Part shown: in pieces, positions 18,364-32,900 of the stretch
How positions within the stretch are numbered: the stretch's first letter is position 1
How the letters are laid out: every line of letters starts with the position of its first letter
UHGV virus genome: UHGV-0134942
DNA: 34,876 nt
Source of the DNA: a virus
Direction: 5' to 3' (one strand)
Notes under the pieces: generated by a model
The model's input: the letters and a program-made list of their open reading frames with translations, nothing else
Database searches by the model: none
Told to the model about the DNA's origin: nothing
Made by a program: the position numbers and the translations under genes

Positions 18364-21351
18364 ATGAGCTTAAGCGATCAGGTGGTAATGGCCACCAGCA
18401 TAGAAACGCTGATCGAGCTGCTAAAGAACCTGCCCGATTATGGGCGGGTTTCGTATGTGGTGACAGCGAAGGGAGACGAGGTAAAAACAGCGTTTGATAT
18501 CGTCGATGCCTCAGCTCTTTTGGTATCCAATACTCTGGATGGGCAAATTAATCCTGACTATCCCCAGGAACTTCAACCGCGCGACCGGACCCGCGCATCC
18601 AGCCTTCTTCAGGTTAACCAGATATCCAAAGATTTGCGGCCTGCTCAGCTTACTGATTCCGGTTTATCCAGCCATGGCGCGCCGATAATTGGTGAGGACA
18701 ATGCCGTTGAGTCAGGTAATGGACGGACCATGGGGATCATCAAAGCCTATCAGGACGGCAATGCGGATCGGTATCGTGAGTACCTGATTGATCATGCGAC
18801 CGAATTCGGCATACGACCTGAAAAGGTTGAATCAATGACGGCTCCGGTACTGGTGCGCCGCCGGTTAACTAAGGTTGACCGCGTTCAGTTTGCCAAGGAC
18901 TCAAATATTTCTGATCTTCAGGAAATGGCAGCCAGTGAAAAGGCTTTTGTTGATGCCGACAGCATAACACCGGCGATGATGGCGCTTTTTAACCCGTCAG
19001 AAAGCGGAGATCTGCTTAGCCGCAGTAATGACGCGTTTATTCGCGGATTTATGACGCAAGTTGGTGCCACACAGGCGGCTGGCCTTGTAACTGAAGATGG
19101 GCGACCAACACGGCAACTTGTAGACCGTATACAAAACGCGATCTTTGCCAAGGCATATAAGGATGCGCGCCTGGTAAGGATGGTTGCAGAAGAACCTGAT
19201 CCGGATATGCGTAATGTTCTGACGGCGCTTAATGCGGCAGCCAATGATTTTGTCCAGATGCAGGCTTTATCAGGAGAAGCGCACAAGCAGGCTGTGACAA
19301 CTATTGTTGATGGCATTGAGACAGCGGATAGCCTCGATAAAAAGGCGCTGGCGGCATTGAAAGATGCGGTAGACCTGGTAAGGCAATCGAAGGAGTCAGG
19401 CCAGCATATTACCGATGTTATTGCTCAGGGGGATATGTTCAGCGAAACGGCCCCGGAAGTGAAAGCACTCGCGTTGTTCATCGTCGCGAATAACCGTAGC
19501 GCGAAGCGTATGGCCACCGCCTTTAAGTTGATGGCTCAACGTATCAATGATGAGTTACAGCACCAGGGCCAGGCGCTGGGGGATATGTTTGGCGGCGGCG
19601 ATGTGTCGTTACAGGATATCCTTCGCCAGGTGTCTCAGGAACTGGAAAACGAAGGCATGCAAGGGATATCCGGCGGTCTTTTCGAGTCCGTTTCCGGCGG
19701 TAGTTACAACGGTGTTGCTCCGTATACCAGTTTGCTATTACATCGGGCATCCGGCATCAAAGACATTATTCATCTGATCAGGCTGCTTTCCCGCACAGAT
19801 CCCCAGGATGAACAGCTTGTACAAGTGCTTGCGCATTTTGTTCGAATGCCTGTTGCCGACGTGAAAAAATGGTGCCGATTATTCGGTATCAGCAATTCGT
19901 TACTTCGCGGCTTGTTAAATCACGCATCCTCCCTTGGGCGCGATGGCTTTGACGAGATAGCGCAGGCGATAAAAAACGGAGATATGCCACCAGCTATTGA
20001 CTGGTTTTCCATTCGCCCAACCAGGGTGAAAGCATTCCTTAGCGCGGCGCATTCGGCATCACCATTGGCAGAAATGGTTCAGAGGTTGTCGCTCATATTC
20101 ACAGACCATACCGCGTTGGGTGATCTGACTCTGGACGAGATGAAAGAAGCCTCCATTCAGTGGGCCGATCAACAAAATGAGGTTAACTCAGACTTCTTGC
20201 CAGCATTCAGGAAGGCCGTTAGTAAAGCGGATGATGCCCGTGGAATTCTGAAGGCATTTAAGGCATTGCAAAGTCGTGTTAATAAACATGTCGGTGATAT
20301 CGATGGGGTAACGGCGGAAGGCCGGGATATCCTTCAAGAGCACGGCATAACGCCAGAGTTTATTGATGAGATCAGGACTGATATGCAGCGTGAGGTCGTA
20401 TCGTCCCTGCAAATCGTAGCCAGAGCGTTGGCGGATGCTAATCCGAAGAGTGCGGCCATTGTTAACCGGGTTATTGGTGATATTGAAGCATCGGAGGGCA
20501 TGGGGGCGCTGAAACTCTTCCTTTCGCGAGCGTTTAATCCTAACGGCAATATTCTCCCTGGCATTATTGGTGAGGCTAAAAAGTATGTCAGTGAAGAAGA
20601 ACTTGAGCAGCTTGACCAACTACTTAAGCGATTCTCATATAACCCGCAGACACGCTGGCAAATGAATCAGCGAAGTATGGGTTCGGTCCACGAGAAAGTG
20701 TTATCTGCCATGAACAGTGCGATCGCCAACTCATCCGTATCTGAAGAAAAAGCTCTTGAGTGGGCCGACTCTTTTATCACGGAAGAAGTGGAAGAAGCCC
20801 GCGCTGGACAGAATGGTGGGATAAACCTGCGCAAGGAACTTGCTGATATTTATCGCCTGACTGGCGGGAAAATATCGACCTTATCAAAGGTGGTTCACCA
20901 CCAGGGAAGGGCATATGCAAATCTAAATGGTGTTGTTGCTGTCAATTTGAACGATGAAAATGCAAGTGCACTGTGGCACGAGCTGGGTCATCATCTTGAG
21001 TACAGTAACCCCGGTTTGTTAGAGAAAGCCCGGTCATTCCTGAAGGCCAATGTTGAAGGGGGTAAGCCATCTTTCGTCAATATCGGTGGGCGTGGCAAGC
21101 CTGAATGGTGCTTCAGATCTCGATTGAGTAATATTTATATGGCGAAGGTATACCCGCCAGTCTCAGTGAGTAACTCCGGGAAAATTCGGCAGAAATCACC
21201 GACTATTTCCAAAACGTCAGCAACGGAAGTATTCTCTATGGCTCTTCAGTTGTATCATGACAAAGAGGCCGCTGCCGCATCACTGATGAATGGTGACGGA
21301 TTGCTGGAACTGTTATTAGGTGTGGCAAAGGAGCTAAATAATGCAGATTAA
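18364..21351 (+). CDS. ddrB: DdrB-like large protein of the Dar module (995 aa)
   Basis: Long ORF co-oriented with darA; name by synteny and size. Confidence 0.55.
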   Translation: MSLSDQVVMATSIETLIELLKNLPDYGRVSYVVTAKGDEVKTAFDIVDASALLVSNTLDGQINPDYPQELQPRDRTRASSLLQVNQISKDLRPAQLTDSGLSSHGAPIIGEDNAVESGNGRTMGIIKAYQDGNADRYREYLIDHATEFGIRPEKVESMTAPVLVRRRLTKVDRVQFAKDSNISDLQEMAASEKAFVDADSITPAMMALFNPSESGDLLSRSNDAFIRGFMTQVGATQAAGLVTEDGRPTRQLVDRIQNAIFAKAYKDARLVRMVAEEPDPDMRNVLTALNAAANDFVQMQALSGEAHKQAVTTIVDGIETADSLDKKALAALKDAVDLVRQSKESGQHITDVIAQGDMFSETAPEVKALALFIVANNRSAKRMATAFKLMAQRINDELQHQGQALGDMFGGGDVSLQDILRQVSQELENEGMQGISGGLFESVSGGSYNGVAPYTSLLLHRASGIKDIIHLIRLLSRTDPQDEQLVQVLAHFVRMPVADVKKWCRLFGISNSLLRGLLNHASSLGRDGFDEIAQAIKNGDMPPAIDWFSIRPTRVKAFLSAAHSASPLAEMVQRLSLIFTDHTALGDLTLDEMKEASIQWADQQNEVNSDFLPAFRKAVSKADDARGILKAFKALQSRVNKHVGDIDGVTAEGRDILQEHGITPEFIDEIRTDMQREVVSSLQIVARALADANPKSAAIVNRVIGDIEASEGMGALKLFLSRAFNPNGNILPGIIGEAKKYVSEEELEQLDQLLKRFSYNPQTRWQMNQRSMGSVHEKVLSAMNSAIANSSVSEEKALEWADSFITEEVEEARAGQNGGINLRKELADIYRLTGGKISTLSKVVHHQGRAYANLNGVVAVNLNDENASALWHELGHHLEYSNPGLLEKARSFLKANVEGGKPSFVNIGGRGKPEWCFRSRLSNIYMAKVYPPVSVSNSGKIRQKSPTISKTSATEVFSMALQLYHDKEAAAASLMNGDGLLELLLGVAKELNNAD

Positions 21352-21649
21352 AATCGCAGCGCCATTAGGCGGAGATGCCATTATCGAATTTGATGATAAT
21401 GAAGAAGTTTCCGGGCGTTTAAGCATTATCTCCGGTGACATTACCGAGGACATGATCGCTGAAGCCATAGCTGGAGCAAATCCCAATAGCTATATGGGAT
21501 TCGTTAACACCCTTGATGCTCCCGCAAGTGATGTTCTCCGAACGCTGCATCTTTACGCTGGCTGGTTTGTTGATTGGCCAGCAGTAGATGGTGGCGATGA
21601 GGACGACGACGATGATTTTGGTGATCATGTAGACCAGATCGTATATTGA
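21341..21649 (+). CDS. Small acidic hypothetical protein (102 aa)
   Basis: Overlaps the ddrB 3' end by 11 nt; C-terminal DGGDEDDDDDFGD; followed by a terminator. Confidence 0.45.
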   Translation: MQIKIAAPLGGDAIIEFDDNEEVSGRLSIISGDITEDMIAEAIAGANPNSYMGFVNTLDAPASDVLRTLHLYAGWFVDWPAVDGGDEDDDDDFGDHVDQIVY

Positions 21650-21651
21650 AG

Positions 21652-21680
21652 AAATCCCGCCAATCGGCGGGATTTTTTTT
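21652..21680. terminator. Bidirectional rho-independent terminator between convergent genes
   Basis: AAATCCCGCC / loop AATC / GGCGGGATTT followed by TTTTTTTT on the + strand. Confidence 0.7.
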
Positions 21681-22641
21681 AATCGCTTTCCACTTCTTCC
21701 GTAGTGTTTTCTTGCAGTTCTGTTAATGCAGCACGACACAGGCTCCGGGCATTGGCTATAGCCACACTTTTGACTTCATCCGTCATCGTGCAGGTAATGT
21801 ACTGATCGAGTTCTTCAGCGCGGATGATGCTTTTGCCAATCAGAAACTGTATTTGCCAGAGCAGATCAGCATCCATAATCAGAATTTCTGCCGGGCCTTC
21901 AGGACCAGCCGGGAAGGAAACATAAGACTGTTTGCCCAGGCCGATAACTCGACAACTTGCTTCAAGAATTGCGCGATTGAGGTCTGACTTTGTAACTGAT
22001 ACAGGTTGATTTTCACCTGCGATTACGCCGTTGACATGGATGTGGAATGGCATGTAGCTTGAAATTCGCTCTACTTTCCATACGCCAGCAAGCGATCCTT
22101 CATGCAGCACAATGGGGGTAACCGCGAGTTTCATCTCACCATATAACTGCTGGCAGATAGCTGGATTGCTGAATACATCCAAAGGTTCACACTCAAACAG
22201 CGGCGCAATCTGTATGAGGTCCATCATGGTCATACCAGGGGTACGAGCAGTAATGAATCTGCGCATGCCAGTATCCATTGTGCGCCAGATAGCTACACCA
22301 TGCTTTTTGCTCACTTCTTCAGTAAAGCCAAGGTGGCACATGATGGTTTTTTCGATAGCCAGATCAGAGATAGAAACCTTTTCGCCAGGTACACCATCAT
22401 TATTGATGGTCACTTCGACACTCTGGCCATTACGCAGGCGGTATTGAATTGTTTTAGTATTTTGTGCTGTCATAGTCTTTTCTCTGCTTAAAAACTGATG
22501 TATTGCGCCTTCAGGTGGGTCAGGAATGTTTTCCCACCAGCGAAAGCAATATCTCGGGGTGTTCTTTTCGTGAAAAGCGCGTGCCATTGCCAACTTTGGC
22601 GTTTTTTTGCGAGTTCGTGCTTTTGTCGGCGTCTTGACCAC
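21679..22641 (-). CDS. Hypothetical protein (320 aa, start uncertain); occupies the position of P1 isaA/isaB
   Basis: Long minus-strand ORF between ssb and the Dar operon. Very basic N-terminus suggests the real start may be an internal Met (for example MTAQNTK). Confidence 0.5.
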   Translation of the reverse strand: MVKTPTKARTRKKTPKLAMARAFHEKNTPRYCFRWWENIPDPPEGAIHQFLSREKTMTAQNTKTIQYRLRNGQSVEVTINNDGVPGEKVSISDLAIEKTIMCHLGFTEEVSKKHGVAIWRTMDTGMRRFITARTPGMTMMDLIQIAPLFECEPLDVFSNPAICQQLYGEMKLAVTPIVLHEGSLAGVWKVERISSYMPFHIHVNGVIAGENQPVSVTKSDLNRAILEASCRVIGLGKQSYVSFPAGPEGPAEILIMDADLLWQIQFLIGKSIIRAEELDQYITCTMTDEVKSVAIANARSLCRAALTELQENTTEEVESD

Positions 22642-22675
22642 CGCTTTTCTTTCAGTCGTTTTTTACTCATAAACT

Positions 22676-23164
22676 CTAAAACGGAATATCGTCGTCAAAG
22701 TCCATTGGAGGTTCGTTATTGGCGTTGCTCTGAGGTTTACCGCCACCACTGTATTGCTGGTGGTTTTGAGGTTGGTTTGATTGCCCCCAGCCATTTGAGG
22801 ACTGTGAATCGTCACGGCGAGCGCCGATCATTTGCATGGTGCCGCCCTGGCTGACGATAATTTCCGTCGTGTAACGTTCTACACCGACGTCATCTGTCCA
22901 CTTACGGGTTTTAAGTTTCCCTTCGATGTAGACCTGAGAACCTTTTCGTAAATACTCACTCGCAATTTCAGCAAGTTTTCCGAACAAAACGACTTTATGC
23001 CATTCTGTCTGCTCTTTCTGTTGGCCCGTTTGCTTGTCGCGCCATGATTCATTCGTTGCGATGCTGAGTCTTCCGACAGCGCCGCCATTTGGTATATACC
23101 TGATCTCCGGGTCTTGCCCCAGGGTACCAATCAGGATGACTTTGTTTACACCGCGTTGTGCCAC
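22676..23164 (-). CDS. ssb: Single-stranded DNA-binding protein (162 aa)
   Basis: Canonical SSB OB-fold N-terminus ([20 protein letters not shown]…[12 protein letters not shown]), Gly/Gln-rich linker and acidic tail DFDDDIPF; GTG start. Confidence 0.95.
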   Translation of the reverse strand: MAQRGVNKVILIGTLGQDPEIRYIPNGGAVGRLSIATNESWRDKQTGQQKEQTEWHKVVLFGKLAEIASEYLRKGSQVYIEGKLKTRKWTDDVGVERYTTEIIVSQGGTMQMIGARRDDSQSSNGWGQSNQPQNHQQYSGGGKPQSNANNEPPMDFDDDIPF

Positions 23165-23183
23165 TTATCTTACCTAATAAAAT

Positions 23184-23200
23184 AAAATGATTAGAGCAAT
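23184..23200 (-). promoter_or_regulatory. C1-operator-like 17-mer in the ssb/lyz divergent intergenic region
   Basis: Minus strand reads ATTGCTCTAATCATTTT, 15/17 to ATTGCTCTAATAAATTT. Confidence 0.45.
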
Positions 23201-23333
23201 AATGTATATCTTTGAAACGTAGCTAACAAGTGATTTGCATTATCCTGTGCCTTCTAAAGGGATCGAGTCAGTCGGTATTGACTGTGAATGGGTATTTGTC
23301 CTGGAGCGTAAAAAATTCGCTTATGAGGTCTTT

Positions 23334-23891
23334 ATGAAGGGAAAAACAGCCGCAGGAGGCGGTGCAATTTGCGCTATCGCGGTGATGATTACCATCGTGA
23401 TGGGTAATGGCAATGTGCGAACCAACCAGGCGGGGCTTGAGCTTATCGGAAACGCTGAAGGTTGCCGACGTGACCCATACATGTGCCCGGCGGGTGTATG
23501 GACTGACGGGATTGGTAATACACACGGGGTAACGCCAGGCGTGCGAAAAACCGACCAGCAAATCGCCGCTGATTGGGAAAAGAATATCCTGATCGCTGAA
23601 CGCTGTATTAATCAGCACTTCCGGGGCAAAGACATGCCCGATAATGCCTTCAGCGCAATGACAAGCGCGGCATTCAATATGGGATGCAATAGTTTACGGA
23701 CCTACTACAGCAAAGCGCGAGGCATGCGAGTCGAAACGTCCATCCACAAGTGGGCGCAGAAAGGGGAATGGGTGAATATGTGTAACCATCTCCCTGATTT
23801 TGTGAACAGTAACGGCGTCCCCCTGCCCGGGTTAAAGATTCGCCGTGAAAAAGAACGCCAGCTTTGCCTGACGGGGCCGGTCAATGAATAA
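23334..23891 (+). CDS. lyz: SAR (signal-arrest-release) endolysin (185 aa)
   Basis: N-terminal MKGKTAAGGGAICAIAVMITIVMG signal-anchor, Cys at positions 13, 44 and 51, lysozyme motif ELIGNAEG. Track ORF 23235..23891 begins at an upstream alternative start. Confidence 0.9.
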   Translation: MKGKTAAGGGAICAIAVMITIVMGNGNVRTNQAGLELIGNAEGCRRDPYMCPAGVWTDGIGNTHGVTPGVRKTDQQIAADWEKNILIAERCINQHFRGKDMPDNAFSAMTSAAFNMGCNSLRTYYSKARGMRVETSIHKWAQKGEWVNMCNHLPDFVNSNGVPLPGLKIRREKERQLCLTGPVNE

Positions 23892-24138
23892 ACTCCGGCA
23901 GCTCCGCCGACTTTCGACAATGAAGTTATCGCTGGCGGCGATAGTTTTCGACTCGATTTTCATGGCGGTATATGTGCTCAATGAGACGTGGCCACTGGAA
24001 CCGCTATTGTATGCTGGGCTTCGGCTGTGCCTGACATTTTTGAGCATGGCTGCAAGATTGATGCAGCAGAAAGAAACCGCTTCAGATTGTCCACGCCGCG
24101 CGGTGCGCAAATATATGGCACGCAGGCGAAGGCGATAA
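23884..24138 (+). CDS. Possible small membrane protein overlapping the lyz stop (84 aa)
   Basis: ATG inside the lyz stop region; two hydrophobic segments followed by a basic tail (RRRRR). Could be a lysis accessory protein or spurious. Confidence 0.3.
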   Translation: MNKLRQLRRLSTMKLSLAAIVFDSIFMAVYVLNETWPLEPLLYAGLRLCLTFLSMAARLMQQKETASDCPRRAVRKYMARRRRR

Positions 24139-24150
24139 TAGTTAACGAGA

Positions 24151-24177
24151 ACCCCGGCAGCCGCCGGGGTTATTTTT
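24151..24177. terminator. Rho-independent terminator between lyz and the 3' end of pro
   Basis: ACCCCGGC / loop AGCC / GCCGGGGT followed by TATTTTT. Confidence 0.7.
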
Positions 24178-24182
24178 GGTGG

Positions 24183-26913
<2,731 letters not shown>

Positions 26914-26980
26914 TTAATTAGAATAATTCGCATCGTGTTTGAACGGAAATTTAACACTAGTCACTTGTTAAGGATTACCA

Positions 26981-29900
26981 ATGAACAAGCTATCTATGGG
27001 GGTGTTTCGCTGTTCAAGTGTCAGCGAAATATTGAAATACATTAGGGCAATAACATCTCACCGAGCGCCGATTAAATACGGCGTGGAAAAGGTGGAAGGC
27101 AAAAGCTATGACCGACTGCGCCGTGAGGCGAATCAGAAGGCGATAGATTTGCTTAATTCGCTGGTGGACGGCGCGACACTGACAGATGAACAGCGCCAGA
27201 TCCTGGCCGGGTACACTGGTGAAGGCGGCATTGGCGGGTCCGTCTCCGAATATTACACACCAAAGCCTATCGCTGAAGGTGTCTGGGAGATCATGAAGCT
27301 CTACGGCGCGGACGTAGGTAACACTCTGGAACCATCGGCGGGAACCGGCGTTTTTAATGAGACAAAACCGGTTGGTACGGTGATGACCGCGACTGAGATC
27401 AGCAGTGTTTCCGGTCGTATAAACCAGTTGTTACACCCGGAAGACAGCGTACAGATTTCCCCGTTCGAACAGCTGGCTATAAACACGCCTAACGATTCAT
27501 TCGACCATGTTGTGGGTAACGTTCCGTTCGGCGGTCGTGATAACACACGCAACATCGATAAGCCTTACGCAGAAGAAACGGACATGGGTTCTTACTTCAT
27601 GCTCCGCATGCTGGACAAGATAAAGCCAGGCGGATTCATGTGCGTGATTGTGCCGCCGTCCATTGTTTCAGGTTCAAACATGAAGCGGTTACGCCTGCGC
27701 CTATCACGGAAAGCTGAATTTCTTGGTGCCCACCGCTTGCCTACCGGTACTTTTGACGCAAACGGGACCAGTACGGTCGTTGACGTGGTGCTGATGCGCA
27801 AACATCCGGCGGAGATGGCTGAGAAAATCCCCCTGGTGGATGAAGGCACTCTTGAATCGGCAAATGTGCTTTGGCCAACGTTTATTTCTGGCAAGTGGTT
27901 TGAAAAGGACGGCCGCCGGTTTGTTCATGGCACTCAGGAGAAGGGATTTCAGGGGCGTATTGAGGTTCGTGCCGACGGGCAGATTGATAACCAGGCTCTT
28001 AAAGCGAAGCTGATTCATCGTTTCGAAAGTCGTATCGACTGGTCTTTGCTCGATATGGCTGAACCGTCACCGACCGCAGATGTTGTTGATGAAGGGGAAA
28101 TGCGCCTGATTAATGGCGTATGGCAAAAATATGCTGGTGGTCGCTGGATTGAAGCTGATGCCGGGAAGGAGCTGAAGATTGAGGTTGCCAGTTATGGCGC
28201 GGATAGCTGGGAGGCTCTTCAGCGTAACCTGACTACAACAGAAGGCCGTCTCGGTATGACATTTACCCAGATGGCAAATGTCCGCGATAAGTACACCACA
28301 TCAATCAGCGACGATATGGTGCAGCTGGTGGACTGGATTAACAGCCAGCCTGAAAAATACCGTGAACGCTTGTATCGTGGGGCGATGATTGGCCGGATGT
28401 TAATTGAATATCAGGATATGAAGGCCGCCGGGCATAGTGCTGAACAAATCGAACAGCAGCGCCTTTCTCTGGTATCCCGTTTGCAGGCAGAGATTGACCG
28501 TTTTGGTAACCCCGGTCGCGGTCCGATAGCGAAATTATCGGGGAGCGGTGCGCGCGCCTGGTTTGCTTTCCGTGGTGCAATTAAGCTGGATGGCACTATT
28601 TCTGACGAGCTGACAGGAAAACTGGTTACGCATGATTCCATCGCCAGTTATGACTCCACCAGCTATCAGGACACCCTGCGTTATCTCTACAGTGATCTCA
28701 CTCGCGATCCAATCCAGCTCGATGATTTCCGCCTTGCGTTTACCGGCGAACTGCCAGCCAGTGATGATGAGTTGCTTAATTTATTGGCCAGCACCCCTGG
28801 CATTGCGGTTTCACCGTATGGCGGGATTGTTCCGTTCGCCCGCGCCACCAGCGGCGACATTAACGAGATAGTGGCTCCAAAACAGGAATTCCTCGCCACG
28901 CTCCCCGACGGTCCAGTAAAGAACAACGTCCTTAATCAGCTGGCAGCGATCGAAGAGAAGCGCATCAAGACGCCAGCAGAGAATATCCGCTTTAAGCTCA
29001 ATAGCCGTTGGTTCGACCGTTCCGTCATTCTGGAGTTTTTGCAGGAAAACGGCTATCCGGATCTGCGCTATGTGCAGTCAGTGCAGCTGGAAGGCGACGA
29101 AATGGTTTCTGACACCTATCACGGTGGTGATGGTCTGTTCGTCGGGCACCGATACGGTGTCGTCCAGCGCAAGGATAAAGAAACAGGCGAGATCCGCTAC
29201 GAGTGGGACCGTAAATCAGGTGAAAACGCGACCGGGTTCCCGGCACAGCTGGAAAAGTATCTCAATGGTGCGCGTATCGGTGGCAAAGATAGCGCGACGG
29301 CGAACGGCTACCGCGAGCAGATGGCACTGCTTGAGGACCAGTTCAATAAGTGGATCAAGACGCACGATCGCTACGATGAGCTGGTTGCCAAATACAACGA
29401 TGTGTTCAATAGCAATATCCCGTATGAACACTCTGGCGATCCGCTTGGGTTGAAGGGATTAAGCGGTAAGCGCCAGCCATTTGATTACCAGAATAGCGAG
29501 GTGCGCCGACTGTCCGAAGATGGGCGCGGCATCCTGGGCTTCGGCACCGGGCTGGGTAAAACCACGACCGCGCTGGCGCTTGAGGCGTTCAACTATGAGA
29601 ACGGTCGCTCCACCCGTACTGCGTATGTAGTGCCTAAATCAGTGCTGGAAAACTGGTATTACGAAGCAAAAGAATTCCTGAGTGAAGAGGCATTCAGTAA
29701 CTACCTGTTCGTCGGTCTTGATGTGCTGATGGATGGCGATCAGATTCGCCAGGTGCCGGTGCTCGATGAGAACGGTAAACCTGTTCTTGGTACTGATGGC
29801 ACTCCAGTTATGCGCGATGCTCTTAAGCTGGCAGATGAAGCCACTATCACGGCGCGGATGAACGCGATCCCGCACTCAAATTACCGTGCAGTCGTGTTTA

Positions 29901-32900
29901 CCAAAGAACAATACGCCCGCATTCCGCTACGTGATGACACCGTAGATGAGCATGCACAGGATATGCTTTATGACTTCGTTGCCGCCGGGCGCGTAGCCAG
30001 CGCAATGGACTCCGACTCCCACCGCAAAGAGGCTGCGCGTCGCCGGGTATTGTCGGAGTATTCAGATACCGGCACCGAAAAAGCAGAGAAGTATCCGTAC
30101 TTTGAGGATATGGGCTTCGATAGTGTGATCGCTGACGAAGGTCACAACTACCGCAATAGCTATAAAAATGGTCGCGAAGCGTCACAACTGGCCTATCTGC
30201 CCACCAGCGCGGTGGCGCAATCGGCGCGAGATATGGCAATTAAAAACGCGTACCTGATGAAAAAGAATGGCGGGCGCGGGCCGGTTCTCCTGACTGCAAC
30301 GCCAGTCGTTAACACCCCGATCGATGCATACAACATGCTTTCTCATGTTCTGCCGAAGGAATACTGGCAGAAGATGGGGATCTACGGTCCTGATGACTTC
30401 GTTAAATTCTTCGGCAAGACCAGGCTGGAAACGGTACAGAAAATCAGCGGTGAAGTTGAAGAAAAAATGGCGCTGGTGGGCTTTGAAAACCTTGATGCGC
30501 TGCGCGGTATATTCCATCGCTGGGTAACGCTTAAAACGGCGGAAGACGTTAAGGATACCGTGGAGATCCCGGAGCTGGACGAACACCAGCAGGATGCACC
30601 ACTTACTGAAGAACAACTGGCGGCGTATGAAGAATTGCGTCAGCAGGCGGAAGCGGCGGCCAAAGCCAACAATGGCGTAACGACCTCGGTCAATGAAGAC
30701 GGCGTGATTGAGCACGAGAAAGCCCGTCCGATCTTCTCAATAATCAGGGATATGGACCGCGTATGTACTGACATGGACCTGTACTATCGCCGGATCACCT
30801 ATCGTTTCCTGCCGGAGTACGCCGATGCGGTGCAGCAGCTGGCGGACAGTTTGCCTAAACAAGCCACCAGCGAAGACGACGACAGTGATGATTCAATCAC
30901 GCAGCAATCGCAATACTCCCTGATAGATAAGGGCGAGTTTATTCAGTTGCAGGTTCCGGAAGCGTTCGAGCAGGAAGTGAATAAGCGCCTGGCCAGGTTT
31001 GGCATTGACGAACAGACCGTAACTCACCCCGTTACGCCCAAATACGCGAAGCTGATTGCCACGCTGAAGGAGTTTTTCCCGGAAGGTAAGCAAATCATCT
31101 TCACCGATGAAAAAACGCAGCACCAGAAGCTCAAGCGCATTATCTGCAATGCTCTTAACCTTGAACCTTCAAAGGTGGGGATACTGAATGCTCAGACGGT
31201 TGCCGAGGCAGGTAAAACCGGTAAGAAACTGAAAGCGGTTAAACCGCCGAAAGAGTTACCGGATGAACCAACAGATGCACAGATAGCGAAATACAACGAG
31301 CAAATGGCTCTGTATGACGCCTATATCGCGCAGCAAAATGAAATGTCGTTGGGCGGTCTGGAAAAGATTGCAGCCGACTTCCAGGAGGGCCGGACTCCGA
31401 TCATCATCTGCAACAAAAAGGCAGAGGTGGGTATCAACCTGCATCGAGGAACGACGGATATCCACCACCTGACGTTGCCGTGGACACCAGCCAGTATCGC
31501 ACAGCGTAACGGTCGCGGTGCCCGAGTTGGTTCCAACCGTGCAAGCGTTCGCGTTCACTACTACTGCGGCAAGGGGTCTTTCGATGAATACCGACTGAAG
31601 ACGCTGAAGCGTAAAGCAGGCTGGATCTCCGATATCCTCCGTTCAGATAAGTCAGAAATGGATAACGCCGACGCCAATGACATGATCGAAATGCAGATGT
31701 ATACCGCGAAGGATGACGGCGAACGTCTGGCAATGATGCAGGTTCAAATGGATAAGGCGAAAGCTGCGAAACGCGCTCGCCAGAAAGAACAGGCTACTAT
31801 CGACCTTCAGAACTACATCAAGGCGCAGCACGCAGCTGGCGAGGATGTGGAGGTACTTACCGCTGAATTAGAGCGAAGCAAAGCGGAACTTGAAAAGACC
31901 ACCGCCGAGGTAGCTAAATTCAAACAGGCGGCAATGGCCAAGGCAGCGGATAACGCAGACTGGAAGGCCCGCTGGGGGAGTGTCCATCACACAGACCGTA
32001 TGTTGTTAGCACAGTATCGCGCGTCGTTGAAAAGCGCCATTCAGCGCAAGGCTAATATCTCTCAGGCCATCTCCCGCTATGAGAAATTATTGAACCGTAC
32101 CCAGAAGGCCGCGACGGATATCAAACGCCTGCGCCCGCTGGTGGAGGATGCAATAAATAAAGGCATTCTGGATGTTGATCCTGATCTGGTTAACCATGCG
32201 AATGAGTTCCTTGTTATCGGCGATCGCTCATGGCGTGTAGGCCAATACTACGATTGTGCCGGTGATATCGTTCGCATTAAGTCGCTGGACTTCGACAGCC
32301 AGCGCGCAGACGTGGAGATCATCTTTACCTTCAAAGGCACCAAATCGGGTAACTGGGATGTGAAGACGCTGGATAAACAGGTTGATGTAACTCCCGATGA
32401 AGATGCTGTTATGCAGAAAATCAGTGGTGGCGTCTCCATCGCCGGGATTAACGACATCATTTCCTGTGACGATTTCTACCGTTTCCAGCAGCGCGGCATG
32501 ATCAAAATCACTGACTCATACGGCGTTCAGACTACAGAGTCAGGCTATAGCATTGATTTTGTTGGTACCTATACGGCCCCACTGAAGCATGCGGTTTACC
32601 CGGATCGCCGTGACGGCGCGCTGAAGTCGTCAATTGCAAAATGGGTGCTTGGTATGATGTCGGAAGGGAATAACCGCCAGATCCGTTCGGCAGAAACATT
32701 CCTGGTTGAATTGTTTGGCTCCAATTATGGCGATGTAATCGCGTCATACGGAGATACGCTATCCCCTGAAGCAATTCAGGAGAAAATAGCGGATGCGATC
32801 GCCAGAATGCCGGAAAAAACAAGCCAGGGGGCTACTCGTAACGGGGATTCTGAACTTGAAGTCACCAATGCCATTTTCGGTACCAATGAGTTCCGGGGGT

